Shown: positions 46,454-54,566, counted from the stretch's first letter. The stretch: DNA of 64,000 nucleotides from Candidatus Woesearchaeota archaeon (GCA_018302985.1 JAGVZA010000001.1:10919-74918); one strand, 5' to 3'. Notes: generated by a model from the letters alone, not told the origin. Numbers and translations are program-made.

Positions 46454-47946
46454 ACAGTAGTAACAAATTTATTTTTTTGTAATTTGTATTTACGATTATT
46501 ATTTCCGATTAAATGCATAAATCCTAAGTGTTCCAAATTATTTTCTTTGCGAACTCTTTTAATTACAGAATCACTTACTCCAACTTCTTTACGTATCTCA
46601 GAAAATTTAACTATAGAATTTTCTTTGTAGATCTGAATAATTCGTTGGATTTTTTCTTCAGGTATTTTACATAAGGACTTATTACTCTTCTTGATTTTAT
46701 ATTTTTTACAGATTCGAGTAATAGTAGCTTCATGAACTTGAAAATGTTCAGCTAGTTTTTTATGAGATAAATGTAAATTATTACGAGCAAAATCTGCAAT
46801 TTCTTTGCGAAGAGGCTCTGGTGTTGGTTTTTTAGCTCTTTTTCCAAGATCATTAGCTCGTAAAACTCTATTGACTTTTATAGGACTTATTCCTAATTGT
46901 TCAGCAATAGTTACTGTTCTCGTTACTCCAGCATTATAAAGTTCTACAATTTTAGCAATCTTTTCCTGAGGAATTCTGTGTGGAATATACTCTCCTTTAG
47001 GTCTAAAATAAGGTGTTTCATCACGAATATTTGGATATTGTTTCATCATTGTGCAAAATTTAGCATATTTTTCATGTGATAAAGTCATTAATTGCTGTAG
47101 AAGAAGTTGAATATTATTTTTTCGTTTAGATATGACTAATTTATCTCCAGGATATTTGATACTGTCTACTTCTAATTTTTTAAGAGATTGATAATAGATT
47201 TCTTTTTCATCTTCTTTAGAAACAGATATATGAACACGATACTTTTTATCCGTTTTTGATAACTCTACACAACCCTCTCCAGCAATAATACCCCTCATAA
47301 ATCCCCTAATAAGTTCTTTATCAAAATTTAAAAGCTTTTCATAAGTAATTTTCTTGATAAAATGTTTGAGAATGTCACTAAAAAGTTTATTTTTATACTC
47401 CAGAACTAGCGTACCATAGTCATGGAATGACAATATTTTATTTTGTGTATAGTTTTCATTAACATAGGTAACTTTCTTTGGATAGGACTTTTCAAGAGAT
47501 GTTTTTGTTCTTTGCAGCCAATGATTGACAGCTTTAGTTTCAACTTGCTCTCTGTAGGTTTGATCTACAGGTTCATTAATGTTCAGCTTAATACTCCATC
47601 GCCAAGTGTCATAGGGCAGATTAAAGACATCAGTAAACCATTGCATAACTTGATTGATAATACAATATTCATGATTGGGAAAAGAAAGATTTCCATTAGG
47701 GGTTTTACCCATTTCAGCTTGTAAAAGGCCTAAAACTTCAAAAGTTTCTTCAGTTTGAGGAATATATCGAGGTAGAGTATAGGAGTACTCTTGAAATCCT
47801 GTACCGCTAGGAGCAATAGCTTCTAGGTGATAATTAACCATAATATGGCTTTCATCAAGTATAATATTGAGAGGGTACTCTACTCCACCTTCAGTCACGA
47901 TACTTTCAGGCAGATATTCCAAGACATCTAGATATTGTTGTTGCAT
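46444..47946 (-). CDS. LAGLIDADG-like double-motif protein fused to three C-terminal HTH modules
   Basis: Motifs [12 protein letters not shown] and [15 protein letters not shown], then three HTH-like repeats ([19 protein letters not shown]; [20 protein letters not shown]; [20 protein letters not shown]). The 3' end overlaps the rps9 stop region by 10 nt. Confidence 0.6.
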   Translation of the reverse strand: MQQQYLDVLEYLPESIVTEGGVEYPLNIILDESHIMVNYHLEAIAPSGTGFQEYSYTLPRYIPQTEETFEVLGLLQAEMGKTPNGNLSFPNHEYCIINQVMQWFTDVFNLPYDTWRWSIKLNINEPVDQTYREQVETKAVNHWLQRTKTSLEKSYPKKVTYVNENYTQNKILSFHDYGTLVLEYKNKLFSDILKHFIKKITYEKLLNFDKELIRGFMRGIIAGEGCVELSKTDKKYRVHISVSKEDEKEIYYQSLKKLEVDSIKYPGDKLVISKRKNNIQLLLQQLMTLSHEKYAKFCTMMKQYPNIRDETPYFRPKGEYIPHRIPQEKIAKIVELYNAGVTRTVTIAEQLGISPIKVNRVLRANDLGKRAKKPTPEPLRKEIADFARNNLHLSHKKLAEHFQVHEATITRICKKYKIKKSNKSLCKIPEEKIQRIIQIYKENSIVKFSEIRKEVGVSDSVIKRVRKENNLEHLGFMHLIGNNNRKYKLQKNKFVTTVQR

Positions 47947-47982
47947 CCATCAAAAATCATGCAGATATTTAAATACCTTTCA

Positions 47983-48002
47983 GGGGTCTTTGAGAAGTAA
48001 AC
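47983..48002. repeat. left copy of a perfect 20-bp inverted repeat (GGGGTCTTTGAGAAGTAAAC)
   Basis: Exact reverse complement of 50519-50538. On the minus strand it is followed after 7 nt by TATTTAAATA and then the ATG at 47946. Confidence 0.9.
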
Positions 48003-48108
48003 TACTTTTCTAATATCTATTTAGAAGTTTTCCGGAATTTTCGGAAGAGTTCCGGATTGTTTTGAGAAATTTTTCTATATTTAATATGTAGTTGAGGGGG
48101 AAAGGATA

Positions 48109-48519
48109 TTAAGATTTTTTTCTAGAGAATATTTTACTCGGTCTTTTTTGAGGTCTACTCTTGCGATAAATCCAATAGACAACAAGTCCAATTAAAATCC
48201 AGAAAAGTATTGTTATGGGATGAAACTTAGATCCTTGTATCCCTTCTACAAATCCTTTTAAAGCAGCTATGACAATAAAAATGAGAAAGAGTATTTTTAA
48301 TAGTCGAGAAAATCTGCCTTTTGCTAAGGGATATCTTCCTTCTTCATGAGTGCATGCCCAGATTAACGCAATGATCCAGCCTATAATCGTCCAGCCTAAA
48401 GTAAAATTTAATACAAATATTGCCAAAGTATTCTTTTTTGCTCTGGAATAGCCTATAATAGTTGGAAGCAAATATATACCTAGTAAAAACAGTGATTGAA
48501 TAATTAATTCTTCATTCAT
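48109..48519 (-). CDS. membrane protein with a superinfection-immunity-like (Imm_superinfect) domain
   Basis: YLLPTIIGYSRAKKNTLAIFVLNFTLGWTIIGWIIALIWA matches the family signature (..lPsiiA..r...n..aIf.lN...GWT..GW..AliWA), plus two further TM segments. Confidence 0.65.
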   Translation of the reverse strand: MNEELIIQSLFLLGIYLLPTIIGYSRAKKNTLAIFVLNFTLGWTIIGWIIALIWACTHEEGRYPLAKGRFSRLLKILFLIFIVIAALKGFVEGIQGSKFHPITILFWILIGLVVYWIYRKSRPQKRPSKIFSRKKS

Positions 48520-49100
48520 CGGTTCCCTTCGTCACATAAAACATTGTCTTTATTGCATAACCCATTAATAAAGTAAGGTTTACCAGCTTCCCATCTGTCA
48601 TAATTGTAATTTTTACCAATAGGTCCCCATTTAAAATAATCACAAGCACCAGCTTTAACTAAAGTTTGAGAAGGGTTAACAATCACTTGAAAGGTATCGA
48701 GAAGCTTATTTTGTTTATACAATCCTATATTAGCTATAAGTCCTGCACCTTCCAAATCTTCTTTTCCTATATTACACACATCTCCTATAAGATAATAGTG
48801 TATAATAGGTTCTTGGTTTAACAGTTTGAATGCTTGTGCGTTAGGCATCTCATCGATAATATTAACATTTTTAACTTCTAGAAAGTCCATATAACTCTTA
48901 AGTTGTTTATTTTGTGTGTTTAAGACGTCTGTTTCTTGTTTTAATTCTACGGGCGATTTTACGCTTGGTTTAATCTCTTCAGAAATTGGTTGTTGACTAG
49001 AAGAGTTTGAAAAAAGATCTTGTACTCCGTTAAAAATAAGAAAAAGAGCAAATATAGTTCCTATAACAAACCAAAATCCTTTTTTCTTTTCTTTACTCAT
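48516..49100 (-). CDS. membrane-anchored hypothetical protein
   Basis: ATG 49100 (MSKEKKKGFWFVIGTIFALFLIF). ATGA overlap with the downstream gene. Confidence 0.5.
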   Translation of the reverse strand: MSKEKKKGFWFVIGTIFALFLIFNGVQDLFSNSSSQQPISEEIKPSVKSPVELKQETDVLNTQNKQLKSYMDFLEVKNVNIIDEMPNAQAFKLLNQEPIIHYYLIGDVCNIGKEDLEGAGLIANIGLYKQNKLLDTFQVIVNPSQTLVKAGACDYFKWGPIGKNYNYDRWEAGKPYFINGLCNKDNVLCDEGNR

Positions 49101-49845
49101 TCTGTCTAACGCTTCCTCTACAATCTGCAACTTCATCAGTAGCGACAAGGCCTTTTAGTTTATCACAATATTTTTCATTTTGCCATTCAGTAGCGAGTTG
49201 AAACCAACAATTGAATAGTTTCTCTTTATCTTGAACCTTTTCACAATATTCAGGCAAATTATAAGTTTTTGCATATTCTTTTTCACATTCATCAGTCCAT
49301 TTATAGACTAAAGGAGCTTTAAAATATTGAGGAGGGTATTTTGCCTTACATTCTTCAAAAAACTGTTCCCAAGGAACTGCTTTTGGTGCTTGTTTCTTTT
49401 CTACTGCCATGAGCACTCTTTCTTCTTTCACACGTGGATCAGAAATAGTAATATCCCATTCTCCATCTGCTTTAATGTCAAGAATATAATCATCTTGATA
49501 GTCGATAGTGACTAATTTCTCACCAGAGTATTTGCCTATATCATTTACTAATAAACTAATCCGATCGCCTTGGCTATCTAGTAACCAAATAGCAAAATTA
49601 GCTCTTCCACCATGCAACATTTTGAACTTTAAAAGACCTGGTGTTGCATGAAAGAAATCTGATACTTTGTCCCCTCTACCTCTAAAAACAATAGACTGAA
49701 AAGTTGCTTCTGTTGCTTGTTGTTTTTGCGAATTGTCTCCTAGATTTTTACTATCTTGAACGATTTGTTGATTATTTACTGGGGTAGTATTACAAGCGGA
49801 AATAAAAAAAACAGTTATTAAAATTAAAAGATAACTTTTTTTCAT
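49093..49845 (-). CDS. secreted protein with a lipobox-like signal (ISAC) and a Cys-rich C terminus
   Basis: MKKSYLLILITVFFISACNTT signal peptide; 250 aa. Confidence 0.55.
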   Translation of the reverse strand: MKKSYLLILITVFFISACNTTPVNNQQIVQDSKNLGDNSQKQQATEATFQSIVFRGRGDKVSDFFHATPGLLKFKMLHGGRANFAIWLLDSQGDRISLLVNDIGKYSGEKLVTIDYQDDYILDIKADGEWDITISDPRVKEERVLMAVEKKQAPKAVPWEQFFEECKAKYPPQYFKAPLVYKWTDECEKEYAKTYNLPEYCEKVQDKEKLFNCWFQLATEWQNEKYCDKLKGLVATDEVADCRGSVRQNE

Positions 49846-49846
49846 T

Positions 49847-50173
49847 TTAACGCTCCTTCCTAATAAGAGCCATTAATCCACCAACTAATAAAAGTGCACC
49901 TGGAATTATATAGAAAGCACTAATGCTAATTACTCCACAAACTGCTGCAATAGTCATAAACCAGCCAGCCATTTTAGTTTTATGTTTAACAATAGAAGCA
50001 CCAATAATTCCTAAAATCGAAAAAAGAATTGCTGAAAACCCAAGCCAAAGGACTTCGTTCCCCATACCAAATGCAGCACTTACTCCTCCAAAGAGTAAAC
50101 TCAGTAAACCAAAGAAAATGCCAAAAACACCTCCGATAAGTCCTAAGGTGAATTCTGCAGTTCGTTTTATCAT
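49847..50173 (-). CDS. small 3-TM membrane protein
   Basis: Gly-rich TM segments (LGLIGGVFGIFFGLLSLLFGG..). First gene of the four-gene minus-strand operon. Confidence 0.55.
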   Translation of the reverse strand: MIKRTAEFTLGLIGGVFGIFFGLLSLLFGGVSAAFGMGNEVLWLGFSAILFSILGIIGASIVKHKTKMAGWFMTIAAVCGVISISAFYIIPGALLLVGGLMALIRKER

Positions 50174-50219
50174 CCTAATCCCATAGTTCTTTCATTCTTT
50201 AGATCTATAAATCTATGCA

Positions 50220-50266
50220 ACAATATTGTGGAATATAGCTATATAAAGTTTTCTACAATATTGTGG
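50220..50266. promoter_or_regulatory. twin palindromic operators flanking a TATA box in a divergent promoter
   Basis: ACAATATTGTGG occurs at 50220-50231 and again at 50255-50266 (the core ACAATATTGT is self-complementary). ATATAAAG at 50241-50248 lies between them. The wHTH ATG is at 50268. Confidence 0.6.
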
Positions 50267-50267
50267 T

Positions 50268-50486
50268 ATGTCAAAAAGGACTATCCAAGAGGTAAGAAAG
50301 GTTATTCTTGAAGTTCTCAGTGATGGTAAAGAGCATGCTTATGGAGATATAGAAAGAAAAGCGAATACTAATTGGCAGACAGTAAGAGATCATTGTAAGG
50401 ATTTAGAGTTGTTTGGAGCTGTTGTTATTGCTGGTAATAAGGTGAAAATAACAAAGCAAGGACGAGAGATTTTAAAGAAGTTGTAG
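50268..50486 (+). CDS. small winged-helix DNA-binding protein
   Basis: 72 aa. VILEVLSDGKEHAYGDIERKANTNWQTVRDHCKDLELFGAV is wHTH-like. Confidence 0.6.
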   Translation: MSKRTIQEVRKVILEVLSDGKEHAYGDIERKANTNWQTVRDHCKDLELFGAVVIAGNKVKITKQGREILKKL

Positions 50487-50518
50487 TTATCTATATGAAT
50501 ATATATGTTCCAGTATCT

Positions 50519-50538
50519 GTTTACTTCTCAAAGACCCC
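50519..50538. repeat. right copy of the perfect 20-bp inverted repeat (GTTTACTTCTCAAAGACCCC)
   Basis: Followed after 7 nt by TATATAAAG, then GGAGGTGA and the ATG at 50596. Confidence 0.9.
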
Positions 50539-50595
50539 CATGAGATATATAAAGCCAAGTCAGTTCTTAGTTGTATCAACCCGGAGGTGACCTTT

Positions 50596-50712
50596 ATGGC
50601 GCTCAAAGTATTCAGATTACATCGTGAAAAAGGACCAGCCTATCCATTGGCTAAGGTCATCGGTGAAGACTTTATTATTATAGGCAAGGAAGAGCTGCTA
50701 GTCAAATCTTAG
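50596..50712 (+). CDS. 38-codon ORF (MALKVFRLHREKGPAYPLAKVIGEDFIIIGKEELLVKS), hypothetical
   Basis: Absent from the ORF track because it is under 60 aa. GGAGGTGA lies 5 nt upstream of the ATG, and a TATA box lies about 45 nt upstream. Confidence 0.35.
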   Translation: MALKVFRLHREKGPAYPLAKVIGEDFIIIGKEELLVKS

Positions 50713-50800
50713 TCGAACAGAGACTTTCCTGGGGGGTTGCTCTTCCCCTATCTTTTTCTAAAAAGAAACCTTTAAAAACCATATAAAAGTCAATGAATAT

Positions 50801-50998
50801 ATGATTATCCCTATTCGATGTTTCAGCTGTGGCCGCCCAGTAGCCCATCTCTGGGAAGCTTTTAATGAGCGAGCAGCCAAAGGCGAAGACAAAGGAAAAG
50901 TAATGGATGATCTAGGCTTGGAAAGATACTGTTGCCGAGCATTATTCTTAGGCCATGTTGACTTAATCGACGTTGCCTCCAAATTTAAGAAAGCATAA
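50801..50998 (+). CDS. rpoN: DNA-directed RNA polymerase subunit N (Rpb10)
   Basis: MIIPIRCFSCG...ERYCCR zinc-bundle motif; 65 aa. Confidence 0.95.
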   Translation: MIIPIRCFSCGRPVAHLWEAFNERAAKGEDKGKVMDDLGLERYCCRALFLGHVDLIDVASKFKKA

Positions 50999-51034
50999 GT
51001 AAAGCTTTTATAGACACTCTTCTCTGTTAGTTAT

Positions 51035-51745
51035 ATGGTTAGAGTAGATGCTAAAAAATCACATCACGATTTAAAACAGTATAAATATCTGGGAATAATA
51101 ACTGCTTTGTATATTACTTTTCAACTTGTTGCTGATGTAACTGCTGGAAAACTAGTGCAACTAGGAATCTTCACAGTGTCTGCAACTGTTCTTTATTTTC
51201 CATTTACCTATATATTCGCTGATTGTTTAACTGAAGTATATGGTTATGCGAAGGCAAGAAGTGTCATATGGATGGTTTTTTTCAGCTCTGTAATTGCGGG
51301 TTTAATTTATTCACTTGTAGTTATATTACCTCCCGCTATAGGTTTTGATGCAAATGAAGCTTACACAAGAGTCTTAGGACAGGTTCCAAGAATACTTATT
51401 GGTGGATGGATAGCTGTATGGGTTGGAGGAATCATAAATGACTACACTTTGGCAAAAATGAAAATCTGGACTCATGGAAAGCATCTATGGGCAAGAACAA
51501 TTACATCTACAATCTTCGGCGAAGGTGCAAATACTATTCTTTTTTTCACAATTGCTTTGTCTGGAATTATACCTAAAGAGTTACTCATAGCCTCTATTCT
51601 TTCAGGATGGCTTATCAAGGTAGCAATAGAAGTTATCATGACTCCAGTGACTTATTATGTTGTTAGAAAACTCAAGAAAGCTGAAAATGAAGATCACTAC
51701 GATTACAATACGAACTTCAATCCATTAATAATAAAGCCTCAATAA
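51035..51745 (+). CDS. queuosine/archaeosine precursor transporter (YhhQ/VUT family)
   Basis: ITFQLVADVTAGKLV..LYFPFTYIFADCLTEVYGYAKAR matches the YhhQ signature. Six TM segments. Confidence 0.75.
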   Translation: MVRVDAKKSHHDLKQYKYLGIITALYITFQLVADVTAGKLVQLGIFTVSATVLYFPFTYIFADCLTEVYGYAKARSVIWMVFFSSVIAGLIYSLVVILPPAIGFDANEAYTRVLGQVPRILIGGWIAVWVGGIINDYTLAKMKIWTHGKHLWARTITSTIFGEGANTILFFTIALSGIIPKELLIASILSGWLIKVAIEVIMTPVTYYVVRKLKKAENEDHYDYNTNFNPLIIKPQ

Positions 51746-51782
51746 ATAGATTTTTAAATTCCAGCTAGTGCTCATAATAAAA

Positions 51783-52241
51783 ATGAGAGATGATATATGG
51801 TTGCAAACGAGGTTTGATCAGATCTGGAGTCTGTTCTTTCCTGAAGTAGAAAAAAAGAATGTCTATATCCGTTGGAAAGGAAAATGGAAGAATAAATTTG
51901 GCCATATTCGAACAACCAAGAAAGGATCAGAGATAGTCATCAATAAGTTATTCAAAGATTTGCGCGTTCCAGAAGATATTATCAAATTAACCATTGCTCA
52001 CGAAATAGTCCATTATATGCATGGTTTTCATTCTCATTTGCCCAAGCTGTACAGTCATCCACATAAAGGCGGTGTCGTAGATAAAGTCTTGATCCAAAAA
52101 GGATTCGCCTATGCATTGAAACAAGAAAAACCTTGGTACAAAAATGAATGGTTGCAACTGTACAGGGAATTGTGCCCAGAAAAAGCAGCGCGTCCAAGAA
52201 TTATTCGACGTCGTTCTATGTGGTCAGTCTTATTCAAATGA
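51783..52241 (+). CDS. SprT/YgjP-like zinc metallopeptidase (HExxH)
   Basis: IRWKGKWKNKFGHI...IVINKL...IAHEIVHYMHGFHS. Start is ATG 51783 or the upstream GTG 51768. Confidence 0.55.
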   Translation: MRDDIWLQTRFDQIWSLFFPEVEKKNVYIRWKGKWKNKFGHIRTTKKGSEIVINKLFKDLRVPEDIIKLTIAHEIVHYMHGFHSHLPKLYSHPHKGGVVDKVLIQKGFAYALKQEKPWYKNEWLQLYRELCPEKAARPRIIRRRSMWSVLFK

Positions 52242-52555
52242 AATATCCAAACATACTCAATCTAGAAGTAGGAGACCATATTACTCTAAAGAAGAAAATT
52301 TATGAAGTTATGAAATGTGGTAGTGATTGTCTCTACATAGTTGATGAAAATGACTTGAAACCAATAGACTATACGGAGCTCAGAGAGATAACAAAAAGTA
52401 CAGAAAAACAAACTCTTGATCTGCGATATTATAAAAAAACAAAAGAATATATGCTCTTTAAAATAGTTGAAGATGTAGCTGGAAAGAGGTCGTTCACCTT
52501 TATCAGTAAAATAGAAAAGAAAGCTATAAAACTAAGTAAAAAATTATCGAAATAA
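52238..52555 (+). CDS. hypothetical protein
   Basis: ATG 52238 overlaps the upstream TGA (ATGA). 105 aa. Confidence 0.45.
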   Translation: MKYPNILNLEVGDHITLKKKIYEVMKCGSDCLYIVDENDLKPIDYTELREITKSTEKQTLDLRYYKKTKEYMLFKIVEDVAGKRSFTFISKIEKKAIKLSKKLSK

Positions 52556-52843
52556 AATTCTAGTGTGATGCTTGCAGCTAAAACAACTAATCACTAATTT
52601 TTTATCTCTAATCCGCACAGTGCAATTCTTTCCGCTTTGTAAATACCTGTAACAATGATGGCAAAATCTTCTTTTCAAAGACTTAGGAAGAGGAGTCCTA
52701 TGTTTCATGCTTAATCGCCTTGCCATGTGCACATACCTGTTGCTTCTTTCAGGGTGTAAAGTGAAAGATTGAGATGCTTGCTCAAACAGTTGTCCAATGC
52801 GTTCTAAAACAAGAGTATTACCTGAAGAGGTTGGTCGTGCCAT
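52544..52843 (-). CDS. rnp4: RNase P protein component 4 (Rpp21/Rpr2)
   Basis: ATG 52843. RYVHMARRLSMKHR..LKRRFCHHCYRYLQSGKNCTVRIRDKKLVISCFSCKH is a zinc-ribbon pattern. Confidence 0.8.
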   Translation of the reverse strand: MARPTSSGNTLVLERIGQLFEQASQSFTLHPERSNRYVHMARRLSMKHRTPLPKSLKRRFCHHCYRYLQSGKNCTVRIRDKKLVISCFSCKHHTRILFR

Positions 52844-52926
52844 CAAGAAAAGAGAGAACAGAAGTATAAAAAGATAATGTAAGAGGTAGAAAACGTTATA
52901 AATCTCCAAGAGGACGCTAAAGAAAC

Positions 52927-53553
52927 ATGAACAAAACAATTTGGATACTGCTAATAGGGCTTATAGGAATCGTAGGATGCAACTCAAATTCTTCAAGTCA
53001 AGAGTATACTTTTGCAGCCCAATTTGCTGAATTGCAAGCCTTAGATCAAGAGTTTAACGCTTCTTTTAAGTTGGAACAGTTAGACAGAACTATGGTTCCT
53101 TTAGAAAATATAGATTCTTTATTGGAGCAACTAGAAAAAAAGAAAAAAGAAATAGAAAAACAAACTGCTACAAACGACACAGCAGCAATTCTAGCATTTA
53201 TTGAAGTACGAAGACTCATGCTATCGTCTCAGAAAATGTTCCAATTAGGAAAGAGAATAGGAGATATAGGATTAGTTACTGATAAGAAAGGATATAGCTG
53301 TTCCGAAGTAAAATATATCTTAGACGCTGCCTATTATTTCAATGAGTCTTGGGTCTACGGTATACAAGCACAAAGCAAGCTCGATGATGTTCTATTTGAG
53401 TTTAGAGATCTCCCAGAAGTGCAAAACTTGATAGGAGTTGATGACAATAAAACTGCATTCTATCTTTCTCCATTAGATCAAGTTAAGAATATAGTAAGAA
53501 ATAACTACGAAGCTTTGCAAAAAAATTGTAGAGTGCAAGTAGTGACAAAATAG
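52927..53553 (+). CDS. secreted protein with a lipobox-like signal (IVGC)
   Basis: MNKTIWILLIGLIGIVGCNSNSS signal peptide. Confidence 0.55.
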   Translation: MNKTIWILLIGLIGIVGCNSNSSSQEYTFAAQFAELQALDQEFNASFKLEQLDRTMVPLENIDSLLEQLEKKKKEIEKQTATNDTAAILAFIEVRRLMLSSQKMFQLGKRIGDIGLVTDKKGYSCSEVKYILDAAYYFNESWVYGIQAQSKLDDVLFEFRDLPEVQNLIGVDDNKTAFYLSPLDQVKNIVRNNYEALQKNCRVQVVTK

Positions 53554-53606
53554 GCGAAAGATTTATAGCTGGTTTTTTATCAAGAAGTGATGGGGGGTCG
53601 AAAACT

Positions 53607-53807
53607 ATGCAATACAAAGAGAAAGATGGTAAAGTCCTCTATGGATTTAGTCAAGAAAACTTAGAAAGAACTAACAGAGAAATTCGAAGAACTAACCGCT
53701 ATATGCAATTATTGATCGTTATGGTTGCTTTAATGATCGTGTTTATAGTAGCAGGGGTAGTATGGTTAGAATTTAATGATATTATCACAAAGTTGATTTA
53801 TAACTAA
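53607..53807 (+). CDS. small single-TM protein
   Basis: TM segment LLIVMVALMIVFIVAGVVWL. Confidence 0.4.
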   Translation: MQYKEKDGKVLYGFSQENLERTNREIRRTNRYMQLLIVMVALMIVFIVAGVVWLEFNDIITKLIYN

Positions 53808-53837
53808 TTCTTTTTTATTATTTTTTTAAGAAAAAAA

Positions 53838-53953
53838 GTGAACAGCGAATCAGGTTTCCCACTCACAGTAGAGCAGTACACTCTGAAACGCGGACCTGCT
53901 TGACTTCTGAGATCGAAACGAGATCAGGTAGGACCAGGTCGCTATGGCCGTTC
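53838..53953 (-). rRNA. rrf: 5S ribosomal RNA (stand-alone)
   Basis: Minus strand reads GAACGGCCAUAGCGACCUGGUCCUACCUGAUCUCGUUUCGAUCUCAGAAGUCAAGCAGGUCCGCGUUUCAGAGUGUACUGCUCUACUGUGAGUGGGAAACCUGAUUCGCUGUUCAC. The ends pair, and a T7 run follows. Confidence 0.9.
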
Positions 53954-53975
53954 AAGAAATATGCCTTAACAGCTA

Positions 53976-53983
53976 TTTATAAA
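53976..53983 (-). promoter_or_regulatory. TATA box for the 5S rRNA
   Basis: TTTATAAA ends 22 nt upstream of the 5S 5' end. Confidence 0.6.
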
Positions 53984-54012
53984 GATTTCTACGAAGTAAA
54001 TATGCTCTAAAA

Positions 54013-54504
54013 TTAGAAAGCAGTAAGAGGTCGATTTTGTCTGGAAAGAGGTTGTCCAAATTCACGTGCATAATCACCCAAGGCATCCTTTCCAAAAGTA
54101 GTTGTTAAGTCTGTAAGTTCTGCAGGTGTGCAAGAGTCAAGCATGATTGCGATGCGTTCTGTTAAACCTTCTCTTCGGTTTAAAGCTGTAGCTGTTAAGA
54201 GAGCGTCATGAGGAAAAGCAGTTTGTTCAGTAGCTAAATACACAGGCACAGGAAATCGTTCAAATGCTCTTACAAGTTTTAATGCAGTTTTATAGCGTCT
54301 AACGAAGAGTTTATGGATATAGTCTTCTGGAGCATCAAGAGTAGGAAGCTGTTGACATTTAAGAGCAGTCATAACTAAAAGTTGACGTTTTCTATCTACA
54401 GCATAGCTGGCATCTTTACTAAGAAGGTTAGGATCAGCTAGAAAGAGCAGAAGTTTTGCTCGTGCAATGTCCTCTAGAGTTGGTAATTCTGAGACCAAAA
54501 CCAT
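54013..54504 (-). CDS. hypothetical protein
   Basis: 163-aa ORF, richer in Ala/Leu/Arg than its neighbours. No motif recognised. Confidence 0.45.
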   Translation of the reverse strand: MVLVSELPTLEDIARAKLLLFLADPNLLSKDASYAVDRKRQLLVMTALKCQQLPTLDAPEDYIHKLFVRRYKTALKLVRAFERFPVPVYLATEQTAFPHDALLTATALNRREGLTERIAIMLDSCTPAELTDLTTTFGKDALGDYAREFGQPLSRQNRPLTAF

Positions 54505-54566
54505 CCAAACTAGAAGAAGTCTAAATATTTAAAGCTTTCTATATGTAGTAACTTAAAAGTAGTAAA

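Larger units (their letters stand above)
46444..50712. mobile_element. candidate integrated accessory island interrupting rps9-rpoN
   Basis: Seven non-housekeeping ORFs, visibly more AT-rich than the flanks. Contains a LAGLIDADG-like gene and a 20-bp inverted-repeat pair. No integrase or transposase seen. Confidence 0.35.
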
